From sequence record MZ234012.1: DNA of 44,450 bases, one strand, 5' to 3'. The notes below the pieces were generated by a model. It was not told where the DNA came from and ran no database searches. It saw only the letters and a list, made by a program, of their open reading frames with translations. Source of the DNA: Escherichia phage vB_EcoP-101101UKE1. Position numbers and translations under genes: made by a program. The number at the start of each line of letters is the position of its first letter. Position 1 is the stretch's first letter. Positions 29,093 through 37,883 of this stretch are shown here, in pieces.

Positions 29093-29108
29093 GTCTCACA
29101 TGTGAGAC
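29093..29108. promoter_or_regulatory. conserved palindrome GTCTCACATGTGAGAC with extended arms (copy 6 of 6)
   Basis: aaggcttGTCTCACATGTGAGACaggtcttt, between internal virion protein genes B and C. Confidence 0.6.
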
Positions 29109-29139
29109 AGGTCTTTATGATAGGCACTATGGAGGAATT

Positions 29140-32100
29140 ATGGAACAAGACATTAAGACTAATTGGGCTGGATATGTCCAGTCTACTCCTGAGCCGTTTT
29201 CTATTGAGGCGGCTCCGGTATCGGCTCCTACGATACGCCAGCGTAATGAGTTACAAGAGCAAGTTCTTGAAGCTAAAGCTGATGCTGATATCTTAGGTGC
29301 TGTAGGTGCTGCCTTCCAGAATGAGTGGTTGGCATTCGGAGGCAAGCGGTGGTATGACCGTGCCACTGCTGATTTCACACCTCAACCAGACTTCGAGATA
29401 CAACCTGAGCAACGTGAAGCACTACGTTTCAAATATGGTACAGATATGATGCAGACAATCACTGAGGGTGTTCGTTCTGAGGATGAATTGAACTTCCGTA
29501 TTCAGAATGCTGATGAAGACCTTGAGCGCAATAAGCGCATTGCTCAGGCTGGCTGGGTTGGCTCTGTGGCGACGATTGGCGCTGCTGTGCTTGACCCAGT
29601 GGGTTGGGTTGCCTCTATCCCAACTGGCGGTGCAGCCAAAGTCGGCCTCGTAGGTCGTGCCGTGCGTGGCGCTATCGCCGCTGGCGTGAGCAATGCCGCT
29701 ATTGAATCCGTATTGGTCCAAGGTGACATGACTCGTGATTTAGATGACATTATGGTAGCACTAGGTTCCGGTATGGCTATGGGTGGCGTTATTGGCGCTG
29801 TAGCGCGTGGTAGGGCCACTAAGCTCAGTGAGCAAGGGGATGACAGGGCTGCGAGCATTGTGCGCAGTGCAGACGCAGGGGACCGCTATGTGCGTGCTGT
29901 TGCTGATGACAGTATCGGTGCGATGCGTGTTAAGGGCGAAGAGGTACTCACTGAGGGCGCATTTGATATATCTAGTAAAGGCGAAGACTTGCTGAAAACA
30001 TTGCAGAGGGAGGGGAACTCTATTGATATGACCCCTCGCCGCTGGGCCGGAACCATGTCTGCCCTTGGGACTGTCGTGCACTCCTCTCATGATGCTAGTG
30101 TTCGTGGCCTCGGTGCTCGCCTGTTTGAGTCTCCGCAAGGTTTAGGTATGCAAAAGGCATCTGCCAGTCTTATGCAGAATACCAACTTGAATCGACTGAA
30201 GTCTGCTGATATGAACCGTTTCAATGACGGGTTTGACTTATGGCTCAAAGAAAATAATATCAATCCAGTTGCAGGCCATACTAACTCTCACTATGTGCAG
30301 CAATATAATGAGAAGGTATGGGAAGCTGTACGCATCGGTATGGATGAGTCTACGCCTAAGTCTATCCGTATGGCAGCAGAGGGGCAGCAAGCTATGTACC
30401 GAGAAGCCTTAGCTTTAAGGAAGCGCTCCGGTGAAGCTGGCTTTGAAAACATTAAAGCAGATAGTAAGTATATGCCTGATATCTTTGACACTATGAAAGC
30501 TCGCCGTCAATTTGATAGGATAGGAAAGGATATAGATAAAGAAGATATCATTGAGTTATTCTCTCGTGCTTATCAGAACGGCGCTCGTAAAATTCCAAAA
30601 GAAGTAGCGGATGAAATTGCACGAGCACAAGTAAACCGTGTTGTGGATGCCACTCTGACAGGACGTATGAGTTTCGAAAAGGCTATGTCTGGTCAGACTA
30701 AAGCCGAGTATGAAGCAATAATGCGCAAGGCAGGATTCAGTGATGAAGAAATTGAAAAGATGGTAGAAGCTCTGGATAACAAAGAAACCAGAGATAACAT
30801 CTCTAACCGAGCTAAAATGAGTTTAGGACTAGATGTTACTCAAGAATACAATGGTATTCGTATGCGTGACTTCATGAATACCAACGTGGAAGAGCTAACA
30901 GATAACTATATGAAGGAGGCAGCAGGTGGCGCTGCATTGGCCCGTCAAGGATTCTCTACCTATCAGGCTGCACTTAATGCAATTGACCTTGTAGAGCGAA
31001 ATGCACGAAACGCGGCTAAGGATAGCAAGGCTAGCTTAGCACTAGATGAAGAGATTCGTCAAATGCGAGAAGGGCTTCGCTTGATTATGGGTAAATCTAT
31101 CGATGTAGACCCACAGGCTTTGTCTACTAAAATGCTGCGACGTGGTCGTGACATTACAGGTGTACTTCGCTTAGGTCAGATGGGCTTCGCACAGCTAGGC
31201 GAACTTGCTAACTTCATGGGTGAGTTTGGTATTGCTGCAACCACTATAGCTTTAGGTAAGCAATTCCGCTTTACATCTAAGGCTTTGCGGAGCGGTGATG
31301 GCTTCTTTCGAGATAAGAACTTGGCAGAAGTAGAGAGAATGGTAGGTTACATTGGTGAGGATAACTGGCTAACAACCAAGGGTGCACGTCCAGATGAGTT
31401 TGGTGATGTAACCACAGTAAAAGGAATGATGGCTCACTTTGACCAATCCATGAACTCAATACGTCGTGCTCAGACCAACCTATCACTTTTCCGCATGGCG
31501 CAGGGTTCTCTGGAGCGAATGACCAATAGGCAAATAGCTTTGTCTTTCATTGACCACCTTGAAGGCAAGAAGATTATTCCTCAGAAGAAACTGGAGGAAC
31601 TTGGTCTTACTCAGGAGTTCATGACTAATCTACAGAAGCACTATGATGCTAACTCTAAAGGTTCTGGCTTGCTTGGCTTTGATACAATGCCTTATGCCAT
31701 GGGTGAAACTTTAGCTAATGCTATTCGTCGTAAGTCAGGTCTAATTATCCAACGTAACTTCATTGGTGATGAAGGTATCTGGATGAACAAAGCACTAGGT
31801 AAGACATTTGCACAGCTTAAGTCATTCTCTCTTGTATCTGGTGAGAAGCAATTTGGTCGAGGGATTCGCCACGATAAAATCGGTCTTGCTAAGAAGACAG
31901 CTTACGGGTTTGCTTTGGGTTCAATAGTGTATGCGGCAAAAGCCTATGTGAACTCTATTGGGCGAGAAGACCAAGATGAATATTTGGAAGAGAAGTTATC
32001 TCCTAAAGGGTTGGCCTTTGGTGCAATGGGTATGATGAGTACAACTGCTGTATTTAGTCTAGGTGGAGATTTCTTAGGTGGCCTAGGTGTTCTACCTTCT

Positions 32101-32337
32101 GAATTAGTACAATCCCGTTATGAGGCTGGCTTTCAGACTAAGGGTTTGATAGACCAAATACCACTAGTAGGTGTTGGTCAAGATGCATATCGTTTAGCAG
32201 ATTCTATAACTAAATATGCAGAGGGTGATACAGAAGGTGTAGATGTGGCACGTAGGGCTTTACGCTTAGTGCCTCTAACTAATGTAATAGGAATCCAGAA
32301 CGCATTGCGTTATGGCTTAGATGAACTGGAGGATTGA
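29140..32337 (+). CDS. internal virion (core/ejection) protein C
   Basis: 1065 aa, RBS ggagga, in the T7 gp16 position. Confidence 0.7.
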   Translation: MEQDIKTNWAGYVQSTPEPFSIEAAPVSAPTIRQRNELQEQVLEAKADADILGAVGAAFQNEWLAFGGKRWYDRATADFTPQPDFEIQPEQREALRFKYGTDMMQTITEGVRSEDELNFRIQNADEDLERNKRIAQAGWVGSVATIGAAVLDPVGWVASIPTGGAAKVGLVGRAVRGAIAAGVSNAAIESVLVQGDMTRDLDDIMVALGSGMAMGGVIGAVARGRATKLSEQGDDRAASIVRSADAGDRYVRAVADDSIGAMRVKGEEVLTEGAFDISSKGEDLLKTLQREGNSIDMTPRRWAGTMSALGTVVHSSHDASVRGLGARLFESPQGLGMQKASASLMQNTNLNRLKSADMNRFNDGFDLWLKENNINPVAGHTNSHYVQQYNEKVWEAVRIGMDESTPKSIRMAAEGQQAMYREALALRKRSGEAGFENIKADSKYMPDIFDTMKARRQFDRIGKDIDKEDIIELFSRAYQNGARKIPKEVADEIARAQVNRVVDATLTGRMSFEKAMSGQTKAEYEAIMRKAGFSDEEIEKMVEALDNKETRDNISNRAKMSLGLDVTQEYNGIRMRDFMNTNVEELTDNYMKEAAGGAALARQGFSTYQAALNAIDLVERNARNAAKDSKASLALDEEIRQMREGLRLIMGKSIDVDPQALSTKMLRRGRDITGVLRLGQMGFAQLGELANFMGEFGIAATTIALGKQFRFTSKALRSGDGFFRDKNLAEVERMVGYIGEDNWLTTKGARPDEFGDVTTVKGMMAHFDQSMNSIRRAQTNLSLFRMAQGSLERMTNRQIALSFIDHLEGKKIIPQKKLEELGLTQEFMTNLQKHYDANSKGSGLLGFDTMPYAMGETLANAIRRKSGLIIQRNFIGDEGIWMNKALGKTFAQLKSFSLVSGEKQFGRGIRHDKIGLAKKTAYGFALGSIVYAAKAYVNSIGREDQDEYLEEKLSPKGLAFGAMGMMSTTAVFSLGGDFLGGLGVLPSELVQSRYEAGFQTKGLIDQIPLVGVGQDAYRLADSITKYAEGDTEGVDVARRALRLVPLTNVIGIQNALRYGLDELED

Positions 32338-33299
32338 TGAGTTATACTTTCACAGAACATATAGCCAACGGTACGCAAGTAACCTATCCCTTTAGATTTG
32401 CTGGCAGGGATAAAGGCTATCTTCGTGCCTCAGATGTGATAGTGGAATCTCTTCAAGGTAACACTTGGATTGAAGTTACATCTGGCTGGCAACTAACTGG
32501 CACGCACCAGATTACTTTTGATGTAGCACCAGTTGCAGGTTTGAAGTTCCGTATTCGAAGGGAAGTACAAAAGGAGTATCCATACGCTGAGTTTGACCGT
32601 GGTGTTACCTTGGATATGAAGTCTTTAAATGGTTCTTTCATTCATATACTGGAGATTACACAGGAGTTACTTGACGGGTTTTATCCAGAAGGATACTTCA
32701 TTAAACAGAATGTAAGCTGGGGCGGCAATAAGATTACTGATTTGGCTGATGGCACAAATCCTGGAGATGCAGTAAATAAAGGGCAGCTTGATGCCATCGA
32801 CAAGAAGCATACAGATTGGAACGCCAAACAGGACATTGAGATTGCTGGCCTTAAGGCTGGTATGACTTCTGGTATTGCGCACAGAACTGTTCCTTGGTAC
32901 ACGATAGCCAAAGGTGGTGAGATTTCCGTAAAACCACCTTATGAGTTTCAAGATGCACTAGTTTTCCTTAATGGGGTGTTGCAGCACCAAATTGTAGGCG
33001 CATACTCTATAAGCAACAACACTATCACTTTCGCAGAGCCGCTTGTGGCGGGTACAGAGGTGTATGTGCTGATTGGTAGTCGTGTGGCTACATCTGAACC
33101 TAATATTCAGTTAGAGTTGAACTTTGACTTAATAGAAGGCCAACAAGTAGTACAGATTGGCTCTGCATTTAAGTACATTGAGGTCTACCTTGATGGATTA
33201 TTACAACCTAAACTTGCTTACCAGGTAGACGGTGACATTGTTACTTTCTCAGAAAGAGTACCAGAATGCCGGATGACTGCTAAGATTATCACAGCATAA
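32337..33299 (+). CDS. tail fiber-like adaptor protein (T7 gp17 N-terminal-domain-like)
   Basis: ~320 aa, in the gene 17 position before the holin. Too short to be a full fiber, and distal tailspikes are encoded separately at the right end. Confidence 0.6.
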   Translation: MSYTFTEHIANGTQVTYPFRFAGRDKGYLRASDVIVESLQGNTWIEVTSGWQLTGTHQITFDVAPVAGLKFRIRREVQKEYPYAEFDRGVTLDMKSLNGSFIHILEITQELLDGFYPEGYFIKQNVSWGGNKITDLADGTNPGDAVNKGQLDAIDKKHTDWNAKQDIEIAGLKAGMTSGIAHRTVPWYTIAKGGEISVKPPYEFQDALVFLNGVLQHQIVGAYSISNNTITFAEPLVAGTEVYVLIGSRVATSEPNIQLELNFDLIEGQQVVQIGSAFKYIEVYLDGLLQPKLAYQVDGDIVTFSERVPECRMTAKIITA

Positions 33300-33308
33300 G
33301 GAGGTGGG

Positions 33309-33503
33309 ATGATTAACTCCGAACTGGTAGATAGTGGTGTGAAGCTTGCGCCACCTGCACTCGTATCAGGTGGGTACTTCCTCGGTATCAGTTGGGATAA
33401 TTGGGTGTTAATAGCAACATTCATTTATACCGTGTTGCAAATTGGGGACTGGTTTTATAATAAGTTCAAGATTTGGAGGGAGAAGCGTGAGCGTACACAA
33501 TAA
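33309..33503 (+). CDS. class II holin (T7 gp17.5-like)
   Basis: 64 aa. FIYTVLQIGDW resembles T7 gp17.5 IAYTVVQIG. RBS taaggagg. Confidence 0.65.
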   Translation: MINSELVDSGVKLAPPALVSGGYFLGISWDNWVLIATFIYTVLQIGDWFYNKFKIWREKRERTQ

Positions 33504-33786
33504 ACATGCAGCTACAGAGGATGAGGTTGGCATTCTGCATGGTGCTATTACCAAAATCTTCAATAAGAAAGCACAGGCAATACTGGACACTATAGAAGAA
33601 GACCCTGATGCAGCATTACATTTAGTGTCTGGTAAGGATATTGGTGCGATGTGTAAGTGGGTTCTTGATAACGGCATTACCGCCACACCTGCTGCACAGC
33701 AGGAAGAGTCCAAGTTATCTAAGCGCCTCAAGGCTATCCGAGAGGCATCCAGTGGCAAGATTATTCAGTTTACAAAAGAGGAGTGA
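33487..33786 (+). CDS. putative terminase small subunit (assigned by position)
   Basis: GTG start after RBS ggaggg, located between the holin and the HNH/large terminase genes as for T7 gene 18. No motif recognised. Confidence 0.4.
   Translation: MSVHNKHAATEDEVGILHGAITKIFNKKAQAILDTIEEDPDAALHLVSGKDIGAMCKWVLDNGITATPAAQQEESKLSKRLKAIREASSGKIIQFTKEE
33579..33600 (+). promoter_or_regulatory. phage RNAP promoter variant (AATACTGGACACTATAGAAGAA)
   Basis: Core ACTGGACACTATAGAAG is perfect. It lies inside the putative small terminase gene, upstream of the HNH and large terminase genes. Confidence 0.55.
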
Positions 33787-33787
33787 T

Positions 33788-34231
33788 ATGCATAGATGGT
33801 GTGAATCTCAAGGTTATACCATCTTACCTTCTGGTGTCATCCTTTCAAAGGGTGGCACCCCTCTCAAACCATTCAAGGCGGGTAGGGGTTATTTAGCAGT
33901 TAAAATTAAAAATAAAGAAGGTAGATGGCGTAATGTCTATGTTCATCAATTAGTGGCTTATAAGTATTTACCTAAAACTAATAATGAAGTAAACCACAAA
34001 GACGGCGATAAGCACAACAATGATGTTAGCAACTTGGAGTGGGTAACAAGAAGCGAGAATAACTATTTAAAATGCAATGGAAATGATAGGAGTACCTTAA
34101 ATAGCTATTTAGCAAGATTAAAAGATTGCTTCTTGCAAGGTAAGGGTGTAGCAGAAACCGCTAGACTTACTGGTAAAAGTGAACCAAGAGTTTCTTCTCT
34201 CTTTAAGGAGTGGCGAAATGGCAAAGGCTAG
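33788..34231 (+). CDS. HNH homing endonuclease
   Basis: HNH motif VNHKDGDKHNNDVSNLEWVTRSEN. AT-rich compared with its neighbours. Start ATG 33788 with RBS aagaggag; the track ORF opens at 33641. Confidence 0.8.
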   Translation: MHRWCESQGYTILPSGVILSKGGTPLKPFKAGRGYLAVKIKNKEGRWRNVYVHQLVAYKYLPKTNNEVNHKDGDKHNNDVSNLEWVTRSENNYLKCNGNDRSTLNSYLARLKDCFLQGKGVAETARLTGKSEPRVSSLFKEWRNGKG

Positions 34232-36116
34232 AGAATCACAGGCAGAGGCATTAAAGCGGTGGGAAAACCTTAAAGAACTACAAGACACTTTTAAATATAC
34301 AGCGGAAGGTTTGCTTCTCTTTGCAGATACAGTTATTCATAACTTAATTGCAGGCAACCCTCATCTGATTCGTATGCAGGCTGATATCTTGAAGTTCCTA
34401 TTTTACGGACACAAGTACCGCCTCATCGAAGCGCCTCGTGGTATCGCTAAGACAACACTATCAGCAATCTATACGGTATTCCGTATTATTCATGAACCGC
34501 ATAAGCGTATCATGGTTGTGTCCCAAAACGCCAAGCGAGCAGAGGAAATCGCAGGTTGGGTAGTTAAAATCTTCCGTGGCTTAGACTTTCTTGAGTTTAT
34601 GCTGCCGGATATCTACGCTGGGGACCGTGCATCCGTTAAGGCGTTTGAGATTCATTACACCCTACGTGGTAGTGATAAGTCTCCTTCTGTATCCTGTTAC
34701 TCAATCGAAGCAGGTATGCAGGGTGCTCGTGCTGATATTATTCTAGCGGATGACGTAGAGTCGATGCAGAATGCTCGTACGGCAGCGGGCCGTGCCTTGC
34801 TTGAGGAACTGACTAAGGAGTTTGAATCTATCAACCAGTTTGGGGATATCATTTACCTTGGTACACCTCAGAACGTAAACTCTATCTACAACAACCTACC
34901 TGCTCGTGGTTACTCTGTTCGTATCTGGACTGCGCGTTACCCTTCAGTAGAGCAAGAGCAATGTTATGGCGACTTCCTTGCACCTATGATTGTTCAAGAT
35001 ATGAAGGACAACCCAGCACTTCGCTCAGGGTACGGGTTGGATGGTAATAGTGGTGCACCTTGTGCCCCTGAAATGTATGATGATGAAGTCCTGATTGAGA
35101 AGGAAATCTCTCAGGGTGCTGCTAAGTTCCAGCTTCAGTTCATGCTTAACACTCGCATGATGGATGCTGACAGATACCCATTACGCCTGAACAATCTAAT
35201 CTTCACCTCGTTTGGTACAGAGGAAGTCCCTGTGATGCCTACGTGGAGTAATGATTCCATAAACATCATTGGTGATGCACCTAAGTATGGTAACAAGCCT
35301 ACGGATTTCATGTACAGACCTGTAGCTCGCCCATATGAATGGGGCGCTGTCTCCCGCAAGATTATGTATATTGACCCTGCGGGTGGTGGTAAGAACGGAG
35401 ATGAGACGGGTGTAGCCATCGTATTCCTGCACGGCACATTCATTTATGTGTATCAGTGCTTTGGTGTACCTGGCGGATACCGAGAGTCGTCCCTGAATCG
35501 CATTGTGCAAGCCGCAAAGCAGGCGGGTGTTAAAGAGGTATTCATTGAGAAGAACTTTGGTCATGGCGCGTTTGAGGCGGTAATTAAGCCGTACTTTGAA
35601 CGAGAGTGGCCTGTAACTCTGGAAGAGGATTACGCCACCGGACAGAAAGAGTTGCGTATCATTGAGACGCTGGAGCCGCTCATGGCAGCACATAGGCTTA
35701 TCTTCAATGCAGAGATGGTGAAGTCAGACTTTGAGTCGGTACAGCACTATCCGCTTGAACTACGCATGTCCTACAGTCTTTTCAATCAAATGTCGAACAT
35801 AACGATTGAGAAGAACAGCCTCCGGCACGATGACCGCCTAGACGCCCTGTATGGCGCTATACGGCAATTAACTTCTCAGATAGACTATGACGAGGTTACA
35901 CGGATTAATCGCCTCAGAGCGCAGGAGATGCGCGATTACATCCATGCTATGAATACACCTCATTTACGCAGGGCAATGCTATATGGAGATTACGGTACTG
36001 AGCGAAGAGTGACCAACACTTCCGTAGCGATGCAGCAGCGAGTTTACGGGCAGAACTACCGAAATAAATCGGCAAGCAGAAATACACTTTCTGCAAGGAT
36101 TTCAAGGACTTATTAA
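34218..36116 (+). CDS. terminase large subunit (T7 gp19-like)
   Basis: Walker A-like PRGIAKTT and Walker B-like ILADDVE. Probable start ATG 34218 (RBS aaggag); the track ORF opens at 34179. Confidence 0.9.
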   Translation: MAKARESQAEALKRWENLKELQDTFKYTAEGLLLFADTVIHNLIAGNPHLIRMQADILKFLFYGHKYRLIEAPRGIAKTTLSAIYTVFRIIHEPHKRIMVVSQNAKRAEEIAGWVVKIFRGLDFLEFMLPDIYAGDRASVKAFEIHYTLRGSDKSPSVSCYSIEAGMQGARADIILADDVESMQNARTAAGRALLEELTKEFESINQFGDIIYLGTPQNVNSIYNNLPARGYSVRIWTARYPSVEQEQCYGDFLAPMIVQDMKDNPALRSGYGLDGNSGAPCAPEMYDDEVLIEKEISQGAAKFQLQFMLNTRMMDADRYPLRLNNLIFTSFGTEEVPVMPTWSNDSINIIGDAPKYGNKPTDFMYRPVARPYEWGAVSRKIMYIDPAGGGKNGDETGVAIVFLHGTFIYVYQCFGVPGGYRESSLNRIVQAAKQAGVKEVFIEKNFGHGAFEAVIKPYFEREWPVTLEEDYATGQKELRIIETLEPLMAAHRLIFNAEMVKSDFESVQHYPLELRMSYSLFNQMSNITIEKNSLRHDDRLDALYGAIRQLTSQIDYDEVTRINRLRAQEMRDYIHAMNTPHLRRAMLYGDYGTERRVTNTSVAMQQRVYGQNYRNKSASRNTLSARISRTY

Positions 36117-36136
36117 TTACTGGACACTATAGAAGG
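36115..36136 (+). promoter_or_regulatory. phage RNAP promoter (AATTACTGGACACTATAGAAGG)
   Basis: Consensus match, overlapping the terminase stop codon. Confidence 0.75.
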
Positions 36137-36272
36137 AAGGCCCAGATAATAAGAGAAAATAATAGGTAATATATAGGTTAACCTAGGTTATATAGGTATG
36201 CCTTAGTATGGGTGTACTCTGTACACCCTATTCCTTACTACCTTACTATATTTACATAATAGGAGAGAGACA

Positions 36273-36551
36273 ATGGCTAATGATTATAGTAGTCAACCAT
36301 TAACAGGTAAGTCTAAGAGAAAGCAGGTACAACCTGTAAGTGAAGCACTAATGCTTCCGGTAATCTCAAAAGAGGAAGCTAGTAAGAAAATCAATGTTAT
36401 TAATGATGCCACCAAATCAGGTAAACAGAAAGGGGCCATGGTGTGCCTTGAAGTGGAAGATGGCGTATTGAAGATTGCTATCGCGGTTGATGGCAAAGAA
36501 GATTCAGAGTGGAAGTTAGTGACAGTGGAACCAACTGTTACCCCAGTTTAA
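36273..36551 (+). CDS. small protein, paralog 1 (92 aa)
   Basis: RBS ggagagag. Shares SGKQKGAMV...IAVA with the next ORF. Confidence 0.5.
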   Translation: MANDYSSQPLTGKSKRKQVQPVSEALMLPVISKEEASKKINVINDATKSGKQKGAMVCLEVEDGVLKIAIAVDGKEDSEWKLVTVEPTVTPV

Positions 36552-36569
36552 GAGAAGGAGGAAGATTAC

Positions 36570-36863
36570 ATGGCTAAATATGGTACTACAGGTTCTGTTA
36601 CTGGTCAGGCTTTTCGAGTAAAAGCAGTACAAACTATTGCAACGGCAATCCCGATGCCTGTTGTTAAAGAAGCAGACCTTAAGGATAAAGATCACCCTAT
36701 CAACATCAAACACCTGTCAGGTAAGCAGAAAGGTGCAATGGTTGCTGTTGAGAGAGGTGACACAACCATGCATATTGCTGTTGCACGTGGTAGTGAACCA
36801 ACAGACTCTTGGGATGTAACTGGTATGGAATCGTCAGCCATTACTCTAGCAGGTGGAGAATAA
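36570..36863 (+). CDS. small protein, paralog 2 (97 aa)
   Basis: RBS gaaggagg. Shares the SGKQKGAMVAVE...IAVA core with 36273..36551. Confidence 0.5.
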   Translation: MAKYGTTGSVTGQAFRVKAVQTIATAIPMPVVKEADLKDKDHPINIKHLSGKQKGAMVAVERGDTTMHIAVARGSEPTDSWDVTGMESSAITLAGGE

Positions 36864-37207
36864 TGCTTAACAAATACTTCAAGCGCCGTGAGTTCGCTTG
36901 CCGTTGTGGGTGCGGTACATCCACTGTTGATGCTGAATTACTACAGGTAGTCACAGATGTGCGTGAGCACTTTGGTTCTCCTGTAGTTATCACTTCTGGG
37001 CACCGCTGTGCTAAGCACAATGCTAATGTAGGAGGAGCTAAGAACTCCATGCATCTTACTGGTAAGGCTGCTGACATTAAGGTACGAGGCATCTTACCTT
37101 CTGATGTACATAAGTATCTTACTGATAAGTACCAAGGCAAATATGGGATTGGTAAGTATAACTCCTTTACTCATATTGATGTACGTGACTGGTGTGCACG
37201 ATGGTAG
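36863..37207 (+). CDS. endolysin, peptidase M15-type (L-alanyl-D-glutamate peptidase)
   Basis: Motif SGHRCAKHNANVGGAKNSMHLTGKAADI (zinc-binding H...D...H of M15 peptidases). TAATG-coupled start at 36863. Confidence 0.85.
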   Translation: MLNKYFKRREFACRCGCGTSTVDAELLQVVTDVREHFGSPVVITSGHRCAKHNANVGGAKNSMHLTGKAADIKVRGILPSDVHKYLTDKYQGKYGIGKYNSFTHIDVRDWCARW

Positions 37208-37315
37208 GTTGTGTTGCATGGTGTGAACGCATGGTTGCTAAGGCTTCAGAGGAAGGCAACTATGAAGATTGGCAGAACTACTCAACTTTATTAGCTCAAT
37301 GGAAAGGGAGATGCA

Positions 37316-37465
37316 ATGAAAAAGCTGTTCAAATCTAAGAAGGTTGTAGGTGCACTAGTTGCATTGGCAATTGCTCTTGTTTCTGTAGGTCTTGGTGTAG
37401 ACCTTGGCTCTGGCACGGAATCCTCTGTGACAGATGTGGTCTGCCAAGTGATCACCTGTGAATAA
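37316..37465 (+). CDS. small membrane protein (49 aa), possible holin or antiholin
   Basis: MKKLFKSKKVVGALVALAIALVSVGLGV has one TM helix. RBS gggag 6 nt upstream. Lies between the endolysin and the spanins. Confidence 0.35.
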   Translation: MKKLFKSKKVVGALVALAIALVSVGLGVDLGSGTESSVTDVVCQVITCE

Positions 37466-37679
37466 GTTTCTAGAAGTTCTGGCAGGTCTTATTGGCCTGC
37501 TTGTCTCTGCTAAGAAGAAACAAGAAGAGAAGGAGGCACAAAGTGAAGCGAATCATGTTAGTGACAACCCTTCTGATTGGTTCGCTGACCACTTCCGGGT
37601 GTCAGCAGGCGTTACCAGAGAAAGCAATGGTGAAACCTCTGAGGCCGACGCTGACGGAAGTTTACGAGGTAGACGATAA
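37458..37679 (+). CDS. putative i-spanin (Rz-like), unusually short
   Basis: N-terminal TM segment FLEVLAGLIGLLVSA. Contains the o-spanin start in the +1 frame. Confidence 0.35.
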   Translation: MNKFLEVLAGLIGLLVSAKKKQEEKEAQSEANHVSDNPSDWFADHFRVSAGVTRESNGETSEADADGSLRGRR

Positions 37680-37752
37680 GGTCTGCTTTAGTAAGCCTGA
37701 CGCTACAAAATTAGGTTTGTATATTCTTTCGCTAGAACGCGGATATAATTAA
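37555..37752 (+). CDS. putative o-spanin (Rz1-like outer-membrane lipoprotein)
   Basis: Lipoprotein signal MLVTTLLIGSLTTSGC with a lipobox Cys, then a Pro-containing mature region. Overlaps the i-spanin ORF out of frame. Confidence 0.55.
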   Translation: MLVTTLLIGSLTTSGCQQALPEKAMVKPLRPTLTEVYEVDDKVCFSKPDATKLGLYILSLERGYN

Positions 37753-37781
37753 TACATAGCTTTATGTATCAGTGTCTTACG

Positions 37782-37805
37782 ATTTACTGGACACTATAGA
37801 AGAGG
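37782..37805 (+). promoter_or_regulatory. phage RNAP promoter upstream of the tailspike genes (ATTTACTGGACACTATAGAAGAGG)
   Basis: Exact consensus. Confidence 0.8.
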
Positions 37806-37883
37806 TAAGATAGCGCCGTTCTTTTGAGCGGCCTATTACTAGCCAATCTTCATAGGGAGGGTTGGAAAGTAATAGGAGATAGC

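Noticed and set aside
33641-33787. Upstream extension of the HNH ORF to the ATG at 33641
   Set aside because: The extension overlaps the putative small terminase gene and has no HNH-related sequence. The ATG at 33788 has a proper RBS (aagaggag), so the shorter gene is preferred.
37201-37338. 45-aa ORF overlapping the endolysin stop
   Set aside because: No RBS, and it overlaps both the endolysin 3' end and the better-supported 49-aa membrane ORF. Probably not translated.
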